In this document: positions 48,872-59,165 of the stretch, piece by piece
Layout: every line of letters starts with the position of its first letter
Numbering within the stretch: position 1 is the stretch's first letter
DNA from: Vampirovibrionaceae bacterium NZW_1234
GTDB lineage: Bacteria; Cyanobacteriota; Vampirovibrionia; Vampirovibrionales; JAGQHJ01
Length of the DNA stretch: 64,000 bases
Direction of reading: 5' to 3'
Assembly (NCBI GenBank): GCA_041697335.1
Contig: JBGUGD010000009.1
Location: forward strand, 8,029 to 72,028
Notes under the pieces: generated by a model
What the model was told of the DNA's origin: nothing
Seen by the model: the letters and a program-made list of their open reading frames with translations, nothing else
The model's database searches: none
Position numbers and translations under genes: made by a program

Positions 48872-49576
48872 ATGAGCCCAGGCAAATACACCACGCTCTT
48901 ACATCTGGTTGGCCCGGTGGGCAGTGGTAAGTCCACGTTATGTCGGTTATTTCTGGACAGCTTTTCCGATAAATCCGTGCTGGTGGTTGATGCCTCCAGC
49001 GATCAGCTGTTGTTGCTCAGCTATGGCTTGCAAGCGTCGGTCACGGTGGCGACGTTGATGCAGCAGATGTCCATGGGCCCGATGACCCGCGAAGCCGTGG
49101 ACTGGGCCTTGCAGGATCTGCCGGTGTCCATTGCCGCCGAAGCCGATGCGGAACTTCTGGCCTGGGGTGATGTGCCGGTGTCGCTGAGCGATGTGCAGCT
49201 GGAATTAATGAATTACGCGCTTCCCCGCCTGTTTCGGGAGTATGATGTGGTCATCTGGGATGGTCCCCTGGGGCTGGTCGAGCAGATCTACCCCAAATCC
49301 GAAATTTCAACCCTTCTGGTCATCACGCCCAAGGACGAAGCCTTCTGCCAGGAGGTCCGGGAGACCAATGCCATGGTCTTGCTCAGCAAAGCCGAGGCTT
49401 CTGATATCCTGCCGCCCACGGCGGTCATGAACATCCAATCGGGTAACTGGAAATTCCTGGGCAAGTTGCCTCCCCTGTCCCCGCCGGAACGACGCATTCG
49501 GGAGCTTCCCCAGTATTTTCAGGACTGCCTGCACAAGTTGGATCTGCCCTTCGAGCTTCGCTCCTCCTCGTTATAG
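48872..49576 (+). CDS. Divergent CooC/MinD-like P-loop NTPase
   Basis: GPVGSGKST, VLVVDA and YDVVIWD. Confidence 0.55.
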   Translation: MSPGKYTTLLHLVGPVGSGKSTLCRLFLDSFSDKSVLVVDASSDQLLLLSYGLQASVTVATLMQQMSMGPMTREAVDWALQDLPVSIAAEADAELLAWGDVPVSLSDVQLELMNYALPRLFREYDVVIWDGPLGLVEQIYPKSEISTLLVITPKDEAFCQEVRETNAMVLLSKAEASDILPPTAVMNIQSGNWKFLGKLPPLSPPERRIRELPQYFQDCLHKLDLPFELRSSSL

Positions 49577-49605
49577 TTGTCATTACGGAAAGGATACACG
49601 GGTTC

Positions 49606-50487
49606 ATGAGTTCTGCCACACTGTTGGATGGAAAAGTAGTATCGCAACGATTACTGGATCAGGTCCGCGAGGAGGTGGATGCTCTGGTCGGCCGTGCCCG
49701 GCCCAAGCTTGTGGCCGTCATTGTCGGCGAGGACCCGGCGAGCGAAGTGTACGTGGGACGCAAAATGAAAGTCGCTGCGGAAGTCGGGATTGAGTCCGAG
49801 TTATTGCGCTTTCCCGCGTCCATTCAAGAGTTTGAACTCCGGGAAGAACTGCAGAAGTTGAACAACGACCCGTCGGTTCACGCCATTCTGGTCCAACAAC
49901 CCTTTCCCAAGCATATTCGCACCAATGTCATCGTCGAAACCATTTCTCCGGAAAAAGACGTCGATGGCTTTCATGCCGAAAGCATCGGCAATCTGGTTCT
50001 GGGCGTCGAACCTGCCGCCATGGCCTGCACTCCGGCGGGGATTATTCACCTGCTGGATGCCTATGAAATCAACCTCGAGGGCATGCGTGCCGCCGTGGTG
50101 GGGCGCTCCAATATCGTGGGCAAGCCCATCAGCATGATGCTCCTCCATCGCAACGCCACGGTCACCATGTGCCACAGCCGCACCCATGGCCTGGATGACA
50201 TCTTGCGCCAATCCGATTTGATTGTGGCAGCCGCAGGCCAGCCGGGCCTCATCCGGGCCGAATGCATCAAGCCGGGGGCCGTCGTGGTGGATGTGGGCAT
50301 CAACCGCCTCCCCAACGGCAAGCTCACCGGCGATGTGGATTTTGAAGCGGCCTGCCAGCATGCGGGCTACATCACCCCCGTTCCCGGCGGGGTCGGCCCT
50401 ATGACCATTGCCATGCTCATGATGAACACCGTCCGCCTGTGCAAGCAGCAACAAGGCCTCCGCCTCTCCAGCCTGCTTTTTGCTTAG
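49606..50487 (+). CDS. folD: Methylene-THF dehydrogenase/cyclohydrolase
   Basis: KDVDGFH, CTPAG, GRSNIVGKP, DVGINR and TPVPGGVGPMT. Confidence 0.97.
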   Translation: MSSATLLDGKVVSQRLLDQVREEVDALVGRARPKLVAVIVGEDPASEVYVGRKMKVAAEVGIESELLRFPASIQEFELREELQKLNNDPSVHAILVQQPFPKHIRTNVIVETISPEKDVDGFHAESIGNLVLGVEPAAMACTPAGIIHLLDAYEINLEGMRAAVVGRSNIVGKPISMMLLHRNATVTMCHSRTHGLDDILRQSDLIVAAAGQPGLIRAECIKPGAVVVDVGINRLPNGKLTGDVDFEAACQHAGYITPVPGGVGPMTIAMLMMNTVRLCKQQQGLRLSSLLFA

Positions 50488-52319
50488 TTTTTCGTGCTTT
50501 CTTCCGCCAGATGCTTCTCCATCAGGCTGTAGCCGTAGGAGGCCAGGAGCAGGCCAACGCCCAGGAGGATGAACAGGCCGATCTTGTAGGGTGTGCTCAG
50601 GGATTCAATGTCGTGAAACAGCAGGTTCAGGCCAGCCATTAAAAGCCAAAGCAACGCTGTTCTGCGATGCTTGCGGCGCTTGGCCAGGAAGCCCAGGGTC
50701 ATGTAGGCAAAGGCCGTGCTGACAAAGCCGATGGTCAGCCATTGCGGGGGCAGTTCGATGCACAGGCTGTAGAAGAGCCCAAACGATGAAAAGACGAGGG
50801 TAATCAGGCTCATAAATCGATGTTGAGGGCAGAACACGAAGTAATCCAGCGCCAGACCAATGGCTGCGACCCAGGCGCCGGTCAGCACCATGCCGGTTTT
50901 TGCGGTAAAGCCCTGGAAAAATAAAATAGAGCCGGACACCATCCAGAACACCAGGGCGCTCCACCGAAACGTTCTTGGGTAGGAGGATTGCCGGGACAGA
51001 AACCCCAGCAAGAAGGCTTCAGCAGCCAACACAGCGGCTTCCACTTTGCCGTGGCTGTAATCCAGCGTGGCCAAACCTGTAAACAGAATACCCAGCATCA
51101 GCGAGCTCCACGCCCAGCGACTGGGAATCTCATCCCGGAATGCTGTCACCATCTGCCCCAGGGAGGCAAAATGCACGGTGGCAATCATCACCATCACCAG
51201 GCCTGACTCCAGCATGGGATGATCCAAGACTCCAGCGTACACCCAGAAAAAGGCAACCGTGTTCAGGATGTTCAGGGCCGCATCGGCTTTATGCCGAGGC
51301 CACAAGGCGGCCCCGTGAAACAGCAGGAAGACGCCCCAGGTATAAAATTCCAGCAGACTCAAGCCCGTGGGCCGCATGGGAGAGCCCGGGCGAACCGGAT
51401 CGCTCCAGTACCCTGCCGTGGCGAAGGCGCCAAGAACACTCGCTTTTTTCAAAATGCCCCATTCCGGTCGATACAGGGCAATGGCCAGGGTCGTGAAAAC
51501 CAGAATCCCTGTGGAGGCCAGGGCAATGGATTCCATGCCGGAATAGCTTGCGGTGTAGTAGCCAAACCCCATCGACAAAACAGCGAGGGTCTGGGAGTTG
51601 GATTTCAGGGAAATGCCGATGGCGGCAGCCACATACAGCACCAGGCAGACCCACCCGGCCGGGTGGGAATGAAACATCTGGACCGAGGGGATGAAAAACA
51701 TGGCGTACAGGCTCAGGTAACCCAAGGCCAAACCGCCACCTTGCAGAATGGGGGCCAGCCGAGGGGCTTTGGATCGGATGTTCTCGCCCACCCCAAACAG
51801 GGCACCACTTAGGATCCAGCCCAGCAGAATTTTTAAGCTCGGTGCAAAGAAGGCAAAGGAATAATTCAGGGCCATGGCCAGGCCTATCAGCAGGGCCACA
51901 ATGCCCAGACGACTGAACCACTTGGTGCCGATAGACATTTCCAGCGAACTTTCCGGTCGGGCCGGTTCGGCATGGGAGGCCGATGCAGGTGGATGAAGGT
52001 GCACCACCGTGGACGCGGGTTCCGAAACAGCCTCGTCCGGAGGGACTTCACTGTCTTCAATATTGTCTTTCCCGGGCGGTTTGATGGGGAACACCACCGA
52101 TTGGGCAACGGAATCGGCCAGCGCACCGAGTTCTTTCGACAAGGCGTCGGAACGTTCCCCCAGTGTGGCCATCCGATGCGTCAGCTCGGTCATGTCGGCC
52201 CGAATGGCTGTTTGCTCTTTTATTAAATCCTGGGAGACCTCAAGCAGGTGCTTCAAGGTTTTTTCCACATAATCGGAATGCGGGGGTCGATCAGTCATGG
52301 AGGCCTCCAACACGGTCAT
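50484..52319 (-). CDS. DUF2339 family multi-pass membrane protein
   Basis: Coiled coil, then LEMSIGTKWFSRLGIVALLIG and many TM segments; C-terminal HDIESLST.YKI..FI.LG pattern. Confidence 0.8.
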   Translation of the reverse strand: MTVLEASMTDRPPHSDYVEKTLKHLLEVSQDLIKEQTAIRADMTELTHRMATLGERSDALSKELGALADSVAQSVVFPIKPPGKDNIEDSEVPPDEAVSEPASTVVHLHPPASASHAEPARPESSLEMSIGTKWFSRLGIVALLIGLAMALNYSFAFFAPSLKILLGWILSGALFGVGENIRSKAPRLAPILQGGGLALGYLSLYAMFFIPSVQMFHSHPAGWVCLVLYVAAAIGISLKSNSQTLAVLSMGFGYYTASYSGMESIALASTGILVFTTLAIALYRPEWGILKKASVLGAFATAGYWSDPVRPGSPMRPTGLSLLEFYTWGVFLLFHGAALWPRHKADAALNILNTVAFFWVYAGVLDHPMLESGLVMVMIATVHFASLGQMVTAFRDEIPSRWAWSSLMLGILFTGLATLDYSHGKVEAAVLAAEAFLLGFLSRQSSYPRTFRWSALVFWMVSGSILFFQGFTAKTGMVLTGAWVAAIGLALDYFVFCPQHRFMSLITLVFSSFGLFYSLCIELPPQWLTIGFVSTAFAYMTLGFLAKRRKHRRTALLWLLMAGLNLLFHDIESLSTPYKIGLFILLGVGLLLASYGYSLMEKHLAEESTKN

Positions 52320-52461
52320 GGAATCATGGCTGTTTCATTATCCTACGATTCCGTCCGCTGTCCCTCCTCTGTCGTTAGGGGATTCGTCGCGACACCAGGT
52401 CGAGCAGGATGAGTGCGAGACACATCGTTAAATTGGGTGGATGGCGGTTTTCAGGACGAGG

Positions 52462-52899
52462 CTAGCCTTGCTGCATCAGGGTGTCGATTGTTTCGACTTC
52501 GGCCAGAAGGCGTTCTTTGTATTGCTCCGGGGTTTCCTCGTTATGCGGGTGTTCCTGATAGTTCACAAAGCCCATGGGGGATAACACCAGTTTGCGTCCC
52601 GGCGCTTCTGCATATTCTTTCGGGGGCAAGACACCTTTCACATAGGCTCTGGCATTGGTATGTCCCCGCCAAGTGGTAATTTCGATGCCCACCAGAGGGT
52701 AGTCGCCCGGTTTGGCTTTCACCACGGCGCCAACCTCATCGGCAACCCGCTGAAAAGTATCCTGGTCTGCCAGGGCCTGTGGTCGTTTCGGATCCCGCTC
52801 CGGGTTGCCGTGAAACGAATCCGACCGATCCAAATCCGAGACCTTCACGGAAACCTGCCCTGAAAAGCGGGGGCGCAGAGGCGAGATGGCGGATGTCAT
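52462..52899 (-). CDS. Hypothetical protein with a short RFSG leader
   Basis: 145 aa with GGAG RBS. Confidence 0.7.
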   Translation of the reverse strand: MTSAISPLRPRFSGQVSVKVSDLDRSDSFHGNPERDPKRPQALADQDTFQRVADEVGAVVKAKPGDYPLVGIEITTWRGHTNARAYVKGVLPPKEYAEAPGRKLVLSPMGFVNYQEHPHNEETPEQYKERLLAEVETIDTLMQQG

Positions 52900-52964
52900 A
52901 GATAAAAAACTCCAAAAGTGGCCGGTAACGATGCGAGAAGCATATCACCAGCACTGTTCAGAAT

Positions 52965-53771
52965 CTAGGATTCCATATCCTCGTATATTTTCCGAAAGTC
53001 GGCTTCGTTGCAGCCAAAGGCCTTGGCTAGATCTTGGCCGATTTTATTGATGCGCGAGCTGGGATGGCCCGTTAATGTCAGAATAGTGAAGCTCAGATCC
53101 TTTTGGAGCTGATAGGATAAGTCTTTAAACAACTTGGCCTCCCGCATTTTCAAAAGCAGATTACTGCCGTTTTTCGCCCAACTGTGTGCAAAGCGAACCA
53201 TCGGGGACTGGTTCTTTTGGGGAATGTTCTCAAGCAGGACATCCGACAAGGTCGCCATGGTTTTGGCCACTTTGTAAGGGCTGGCGTTGGTCGGTATTTG
53301 GCCAAGGGCGGCATCGACCTGTTCGGTTTGGCCGGTTTGGCGCCCGATATATTTGACGAAACGGGTCATGATCTCGGCCATCTTGACGTTGCCGGGGGCC
53401 AGGGCTTTTTCATAGAATGCGGGTTTGGGGAGTAATTTTTGCTTCAGTCTCTGTAGGAACGAATGGGATTTGTAGGCCCACAGCATATGACCGGCAATTT
53501 GAATCGGGAGTGCCAAAAAGCCGGTACCCAGGGTCACCAGGCCCAACACGCTTCCAATGACGACGTGTCCCGAAATGGAAAACACCAGCGGGTGGGTCAA
53601 CATGCTTTTGATGCCGTTACCCAGCCACCGAAAAAACGAGGGCCGCTCCTGGGTCTGCTTGGATTCCGGGTTTGCCGAAAACTGCAGCGATGGGCGCCCG
53701 GTGGACACGGCTTTTTGAGATGCCGTCCGATGGGTAAGGGCTGTGAAGGGGGCTTGTGGGGAAATGTGCAT
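52965..53771 (-). CDS. Hypothetical membrane protein with a QFS-ending leader
   Basis: ATG 53771 follows GAGGA; hydrophobic hairpin (ISGHVVIGSVLGLVTLGTGFLALPIQI). Confidence 0.7.
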   Translation of the reverse strand: MHISPQAPFTALTHRTASQKAVSTGRPSLQFSANPESKQTQERPSFFRWLGNGIKSMLTHPLVFSISGHVVIGSVLGLVTLGTGFLALPIQIAGHMLWAYKSHSFLQRLKQKLLPKPAFYEKALAPGNVKMAEIMTRFVKYIGRQTGQTEQVDAALGQIPTNASPYKVAKTMATLSDVLLENIPQKNQSPMVRFAHSWAKNGSNLLLKMREAKLFKDLSYQLQKDLSFTILTLTGHPSSRINKIGQDLAKAFGCNEADFRKIYEDMES

Positions 53772-53826
53772 CGTACCCAATCCTCGTTTAAGAACGCCGG
53801 TCCCTATGATGACCGCCATACCCAAC

Positions 53827-53854
53827 TAAAAACCGCCCAAAAAATTTCTTGCTA
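53827..53854 (-). promoter_or_regulatory. Putative alternative-sigma promoter TAGCAA-N15-GTTTTTA
   Basis: About 56 bp upstream of ATG 53771. Confidence 0.55.
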
Positions 53855-53894
53855 GGAAATTTTTCCCATCTGCCTTGGGCTGGAATGCAGGCTT

Positions 53895-55409
53895 CTAATG
53901 GAAGGTTGAGTCGATATGAGCCACATGGTCGCTGCGTTTTTCGTAGGATTTGGGGAGCAGCTCACTGCGAAGGCCGAAGTGGATGCGGAATGTGGAGCCG
54001 AGGGTAGCTGCGCCCAGGTTTTGTTCACTGAAGTTATTGGTCCCGCCAATACGCCATGCCGAGTCCACAAAGCCTTGCAGGTATTGGGTCAACCGGCAGC
54101 GAAGGCCCAGGCCTGCGGACATCAGCGTGGTGTTGTGGTTGTTGACCACACGGCTGCCCCGGAGCCAGCCTTGGGCGATGTCATAGAACACCACGCCCTT
54201 GACCCGCTGGGCCAGCGTCGGGTTGACCTGGGCCAGAAAGGGAATGGGCCAGCGATATTCAATGTTGTACAGCTGGGCGCTATCGGAATACAGCATGCCT
54301 TCGGAGAACCCGCGTACGGCGTAGGCTCCGGCCAGGGGAAACATTTGGACCGGAATCAGGGCATCCGGCGAATATTGCCAGGAACCCCGCAGAATCAGAT
54401 TCGAGTCGTGGGGCAGGTTGAAGGTCCGGGTCATTTGCCCCCGAACCCGCCAGAACCGGGCGTTGCCTCCCAGCCATTGTTCTCCCAGGTAGGTCTGGGC
54501 ATAGGCATGGGTCAAACCCCATTTGTCGGGCTTGTTAAACCGCAGTCCTGCCGAAATAAAGCGAGGCTGGACATGAAGATTATTGACCCGAATTTCCCGG
54601 CCCGTGACTCCGATATCGGCGGTCCAGATGCGCTGCAAGTCCAGGGGTTGAATGTATCGAAACCCAATGCCGACCTGATCGGCGGAGCGGTCCTGCAGGG
54701 CCACCGGAAAATCCAGGCTGTTCCGGGTGTATTCTGCAAAACCACCGATGGTGCCGCCGCGACGGTTGATGGGAACGTCATAACTGCCGTTAAAGAAATA
54801 TGACCCCACAGAGCCAATGTACTGGAGGTTCAGTTTATCGCCGTACCCCAGCAAACTTTCGTGGGTCAGTTGGTGTCCCCAGCGGTATGTGCCAATTAGG
54901 GGGCGGCCCTGGTTGTCGAAGGTGGAGGTCAGTTGCCAGGGTTGGCGCTCGTACACGTCAACCATCAGGTTGGCCTTGTCCGGCGAGGAGCCTGGGGTAA
55001 TGCGTGCCCGCAGCTTGAAAGGATTCTGCTTGTTGATGCGAACGAGTTCCTGCTCCAGGTGTTGGGCGTCCATGGCTTTTGCGGGATCGTCAAGCAACGG
55101 CTTTAACTGACGCTGGATAACGGCGTCCCGATAATAGTGGTTCCCTTCAAACTGAATGGTTTCCAACTGCAACCGATCCGCTTGCTGGGGTATCGATTCG
55201 GGATCGGTCACCTCATTTCGGATGACGCCTTTCAAAAAAGGTTTTTCCGGGGAGGGTCCCAGGGGCTGGGCTTCCGGGGCCGGGGTGGTGAAGACGGGAT
55301 TATCCTGAAGGATGACCTTGGTCGGGGCCGCCAGGCTGGCGGGGGTAACACCGTAAAGGAAGCACAGGCTGGAAATCAGCAGAGCCATTCTGGTGGTCGG
55401 GGGAAACAT
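53895..55409 (-). CDS. ShlB/FhaC/HecB (TpsB, Omp85 superfamily) outer-membrane protein
   Basis: Signal peptide, POTRA (IQFEGN), FDNQG...G, LLGYGD, and the VRGF loop-6 motif. Confidence 0.9.
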   Translation of the reverse strand: MFPPTTRMALLISSLCFLYGVTPASLAAPTKVILQDNPVFTTPAPEAQPLGPSPEKPFLKGVIRNEVTDPESIPQQADRLQLETIQFEGNHYYRDAVIQRQLKPLLDDPAKAMDAQHLEQELVRINKQNPFKLRARITPGSSPDKANLMVDVYERQPWQLTSTFDNQGRPLIGTYRWGHQLTHESLLGYGDKLNLQYIGSVGSYFFNGSYDVPINRRGGTIGGFAEYTRNSLDFPVALQDRSADQVGIGFRYIQPLDLQRIWTADIGVTGREIRVNNLHVQPRFISAGLRFNKPDKWGLTHAYAQTYLGEQWLGGNARFWRVRGQMTRTFNLPHDSNLILRGSWQYSPDALIPVQMFPLAGAYAVRGFSEGMLYSDSAQLYNIEYRWPIPFLAQVNPTLAQRVKGVVFYDIAQGWLRGSRVVNNHNTTLMSAGLGLRCRLTQYLQGFVDSAWRIGGTNNFSEQNLGAATLGSTFRIHFGLRSELLPKSYEKRSDHVAHIDSTFH

Positions 55410-55540
55410 TCAAGCGAAACTCCTAAGGAATTGCATCACTATCACGTTGAGGCGAATAGACTGGTGTATGGGTTCTCTCTCGGGGGAAAGGGACAGTATC
55501 CATTCCCGGTTCCTATCACCGAAGGGGTTAGGGCACCCGC

Positions 55541-57856
55541 TTATGACATCCGGTCACGCATGGTGCGTTGGGCCAGTTTAAATTGGTCCACCAGCGAATT
55601 CAACTGGCTGGCCATTTGGGACAGGTTTACGGCAGCGGCCTTGGTATGTTCCGCACCTATCGCCGTTTCTTTCGTGGACGCTTTGACGGATTCAACGCTT
55701 TGAGACATGGTTTTGGCGCCCAATGCGGCCTGTTGAGCATTGGAAGAAATGGCTTGGGTCCCTTGCATCAGGCTCTCCAGGCTCTTCACAATAAATTGCA
55801 CTTCCTCCGCCGACTCGGCGATTTGCTTCGCCACATCTTCCGCCCGCTCTGCAGATGCCTGTACATGGGTCGAGACGTCATTGGACGATTGGGCCGCACC
55901 GGTGACATTGCGGCAGATCTCGTTGACGGTGGCGGTTTGTTCTTCCACGGTGTTGGCAATGGTATTGTTAATGCAGGTCAAGTCGGAAATAACGTCGGAA
56001 ATGCCGTTAATTTCCACCACCACGGTGCCGGTAATGGATTGAATTTCATTGATTTTCACATGAATATCCTGGGTGGCTTCCTCCACTTGTTTGGCCAGTT
56101 CCTTGACTTCATTGGCGACAACGGCAAAGCCTTTCCCGGCCTCTCCGGCATTGGCGGCTTCAATGGTGGCATTCAATGCCAGCAGGTTGGTCTGGGAAGC
56201 AATGCCTTTAATCAGATCAATGACCTTGCCGATGGCTTCGGCGGATGAATCCAGCTTCTGGACAATGGCCTTGCTGCTGTCCACGGACTGCTGGGCCGCA
56301 ATGGCAAAGTTGGCCGCTTTGCCGGTGTTCTGGGAGACCTCGATGAGGGAGCAGGACATTTCCTCAATGGCAGCGGCAACCGAGGAAACCGAGGCGGAAA
56401 TATCAGCCGTTGCCGTTGCCATGGCAGACATGCCCGTGGACAAGTGCTGCGTTACCTCGCCGATAGATTGGTTATTGGCGGCAATTTTCTCGCTGGCCTT
56501 AAACAGCTGCTGGATATTCACCGACGATTCTTCCACGGCAACCGACACCGTTTTGAGGTTATCGTTGCATTGGTGGGCCAGTTCCGAGGCAGTCATAGAC
56601 AAGTGGGACATTTCGCCCGAGGCCTGTTCCATTTGCGAAGAGGTGGCCGACAGTTCTTCGGACGATGAGACAACGGACTGGGCATTTTGCTTAATCTCCA
56701 GCACCATGCGTTCCAGGTTCCGCACCATCTCGTTTAATGACCGCCCGAGCTGGCCGATCTCATCCTGGCGATCCAGGCTGGTGTGATGGGACAAGTCGCC
56801 CTGGGCCACATGCATGGCCACCGTCATACATTCCTGAATGGGCGGGACGATGCTGTTGGTCAGGTAATACATCGCAAAGCCGACAAAGACCAGGGTTAAT
56901 AGGGCCACCCCGACGGCAATCCACAGTTCCGTCGTAAAGTGAGCCTGTTCACTGGAGACGATGTCCTTCAGATCGGCGGTCAATTGCGTTTCAACCTCTC
57001 TGAGGCTGTTGATATAGGTGGTGGCGGCGGAAAACCAGGTGGCGGAATCGACATTGAAACGACCGCCGGTTCCGTTGATCAATGCGATTTCTCGGAATTC
57101 CTTGACTTGTTTCGCTGCGCCAGTGGCCATTTGCTGGTTAAACAACAGGTTTTGTTTCTGTGAAGCCATCAGGGTAAAGGTTTCCAGATAGGTTGCTTCT
57201 TTGCCAATGACCGAGATTACGTTTAGGAGGTGTTCCGGGGTCATGGTGTCGCTTTTGAATGCGGCAGCCAGAAGGGCCCGGCTTCGTCCGGCGTTTTCCT
57301 TGCCACGCAGCAGGGTCACGTAGCCCCGCAAGGTGTTGACCACCTTGGCATTGGGTGTAAATTTGGAAACCACCTCGATGGAATCCAACATATCGGCATT
57401 CAGCCGGGTATAGAATGCGATGGCCTCTTTGGCCGTCCATTCCTGCCGATCCACTTTTTCACGCACCTCCGGCAGTTGTTTCAGGGAGGCCTGTATGGAC
57501 GCTAAGGGCTTCTCCAGTTCGGCACTGTAGCCATGCGAATCGAAGCGGCCCAGGAATGCCGTTAATGTCTGTAGGGCCTTATCTGCCTGCTGGCGCTGTT
57601 CCTTCAGTTGCTCCTGGCTTTTGGCATCCTTCGCGGTGAGATACAAGCTGCTGAGGCCGCGTTCTTTTTGTGTTTCATGCATAAACTGGCTCAGATGAAT
57701 GCTGAGATCCGAGAGCGTGGCGACCGACTGCATATTGTGCAGTTTCACGGACTTGTCCACAATATCGGTGAGGGCGAAGTAAATTAAACACAGCAAGGGA
57801 AGCAATAACAGATAAAGGAATTTATGACTGAGTTTGGCGTCTTGAATCCACTTCAT
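55541..57856 (-). CDS. Methyl-accepting chemotaxis protein with nitrate/nitrite-sensing NIT domain
   Basis: HETQKERG and KENAGRSRA (NIT), two TM segments, HAMP (RQDEIGQL), and [17 protein letters not shown]...[12 protein letters not shown]. Confidence 0.93.
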   Translation of the reverse strand: MKWIQDAKLSHKFLYLLLLPLLCLIYFALTDIVDKSVKLHNMQSVATLSDLSIHLSQFMHETQKERGLSSLYLTAKDAKSQEQLKEQRQQADKALQTLTAFLGRFDSHGYSAELEKPLASIQASLKQLPEVREKVDRQEWTAKEAIAFYTRLNADMLDSIEVVSKFTPNAKVVNTLRGYVTLLRGKENAGRSRALLAAAFKSDTMTPEHLLNVISVIGKEATYLETFTLMASQKQNLLFNQQMATGAAKQVKEFREIALINGTGGRFNVDSATWFSAATTYINSLREVETQLTADLKDIVSSEQAHFTTELWIAVGVALLTLVFVGFAMYYLTNSIVPPIQECMTVAMHVAQGDLSHHTSLDRQDEIGQLGRSLNEMVRNLERMVLEIKQNAQSVVSSSEELSATSSQMEQASGEMSHLSMTASELAHQCNDNLKTVSVAVEESSVNIQQLFKASEKIAANNQSIGEVTQHLSTGMSAMATATADISASVSSVAAAIEEMSCSLIEVSQNTGKAANFAIAAQQSVDSSKAIVQKLDSSAEAIGKVIDLIKGIASQTNLLALNATIEAANAGEAGKGFAVVANEVKELAKQVEEATQDIHVKINEIQSITGTVVVEINGISDVISDLTCINNTIANTVEEQTATVNEICRNVTGAAQSSNDVSTHVQASAERAEDVAKQIAESAEEVQFIVKSLESLMQGTQAISSNAQQAALGAKTMSQSVESVKASTKETAIGAEHTKAAAVNLSQMASQLNSLVDQFKLAQRTMRDRMS

Positions 57857-58580
57857 GCGTTTGTCCTTCTGTCTCGTCGTTCGTCATACGGTTCTCGTCA
57901 CGTATCCTAAAATTTTTCAGCAACAGACTGCATCCTCTGGGCAATGGAGAACGATACAGCCCAAAACCACGGCCTACCTTATGAAACACAAGAATCCGAA
58001 CTCGAAACCCAAGTCCCCAAAAGACATTCCTATCCCCTCTCTACCAGAGGGTATACGTGTAGGGGGCTGCCCTTCTCACCGGATTCCAAGACTCATCCCT
58101 GACTCTTAACGGCCTTTGCTAATGGGGTCCTTGAGAGATCGGATTATAGTCTGCCTATCGATTGTTCTATCTCAGGATGACATCCTGCTCAAAATGCTTG
58201 TCATGGTTTTATTCCTGAAAAATATGCACTATGAAAAGAAATAGGGTTACTTTAATGTTCCTTGTTGCCGAACGGATTTAATCTGACCAGTATCAATGTT
58301 GAAGATGCCTACATATAGTCAATTACAGCGATAGAAACATTAAAAAAGCCTTAAGAATAAAGGGTTTGAGACAAATTAGTATATAATAAAGATATAATTA
58401 AATAGCTTGGGAACTCGACCCGCCATGCGTAAAATAGCGGAAAACCGCGTGAAAATCGCCAAAATTCAAAATTTCAGCCTGAACAGCAACCCATTGCAGC
58501 ATTGCTTGATGGCTGAAATGCAGGTTTTGAGGGGTTTTTCAGGGTTGAGTCCTTTGAGCCCACCGGGGCAAAGGCGGGGA

Positions 58581-58687
58581 AAATCACGCGCGTTTCACGC
58601 GAATTCACGGCGTGAATTTGAAAAACACGCGCGTGAATTGGGCCAAATCACGCGAAAACACGCGAAATTCACGCGCAAGAACACGCG
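58581..58687. repeat. Intergenic array of A/T-tract plus CACGCG motifs
   Basis: CACGCG at 58585, 58596, 58626, 58649, 58659, 58670 and 58682; variant CACGGCG at 58606. Confidence 0.8.
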
Positions 58688-58713
58688 GCGCGAGACCCCA
58701 AGGAGCGGCATAC

Positions 58714-58744
58714 AAAAACGCCGTCCTATAGAAGAGGACGGCGT
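58714..58744 (-). terminator. Intrinsic terminator of infC-rpmI-rplT
   Basis: 10-bp stem ACGCCGTCCT/AGGACGGCGT with a T-run on the minus strand. Confidence 0.85.
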
Positions 58745-58769
58745 CTTGAAAAAGAGTAGTCAGCCCTGG

Positions 58770-59129
58770 TTACGCAGGAAGGGCCTCTTTGGCCTGCTGG
58801 GCGATTTTGGCAAAGGCGTCTTTGTCACGCACAGCCAGGTCGGCGAGAAACTTGCGGTTCACGTCGATGTTGGCCCGTTTCAGGCCGAAGGAGAATTGGC
58901 TGTAGGACAAGCCGTGCAGACGGGCTGCTGCGTTGATGCGGGTAATCCACAGACGACGCAGGTTCCGGCGCTTGTTGCGGCGATCGCGGTATGCGTATTT
59001 CAGGGACTTCATGACCGCTTGGTTGGCGACCTTGAAGAGTTTGCTGCGAGTGCCACGGAAGCCTTTAGCGAGCTTCAGGACTTTCTTGTGGCGCTTGCGG
59101 AGGACATTTCCACGTTTAACCCGAGACAT
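58770..59129 (-). CDS. rplT: 50S ribosomal protein L20
   Basis: MSRVKRG...AKGFRG...[22 protein letters not shown]. Confidence 0.99.
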   Translation of the reverse strand: MSRVKRGNVLRKRHKKVLKLAKGFRGTRSKLFKVANQAVMKSLKYAYRDRRNKRRNLRRLWITRINAAARLHGLSYSQFSFGLKRANIDVNRKFLADLAVRDKDAFAKIAQQAKEALPA

Positions 59130-59165
59130 GTTCTATCTAGACCTCAATTTCAGGGTATCAAAAAT

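Noticed and set aside
57857-58150. c-di-GMP-I or other known riboswitch before the chemoreceptor
   Set aside because: The GEMM core (GGCAAAC...GAAA...GACGCAAAG) and other recalled consensus motifs are not present.
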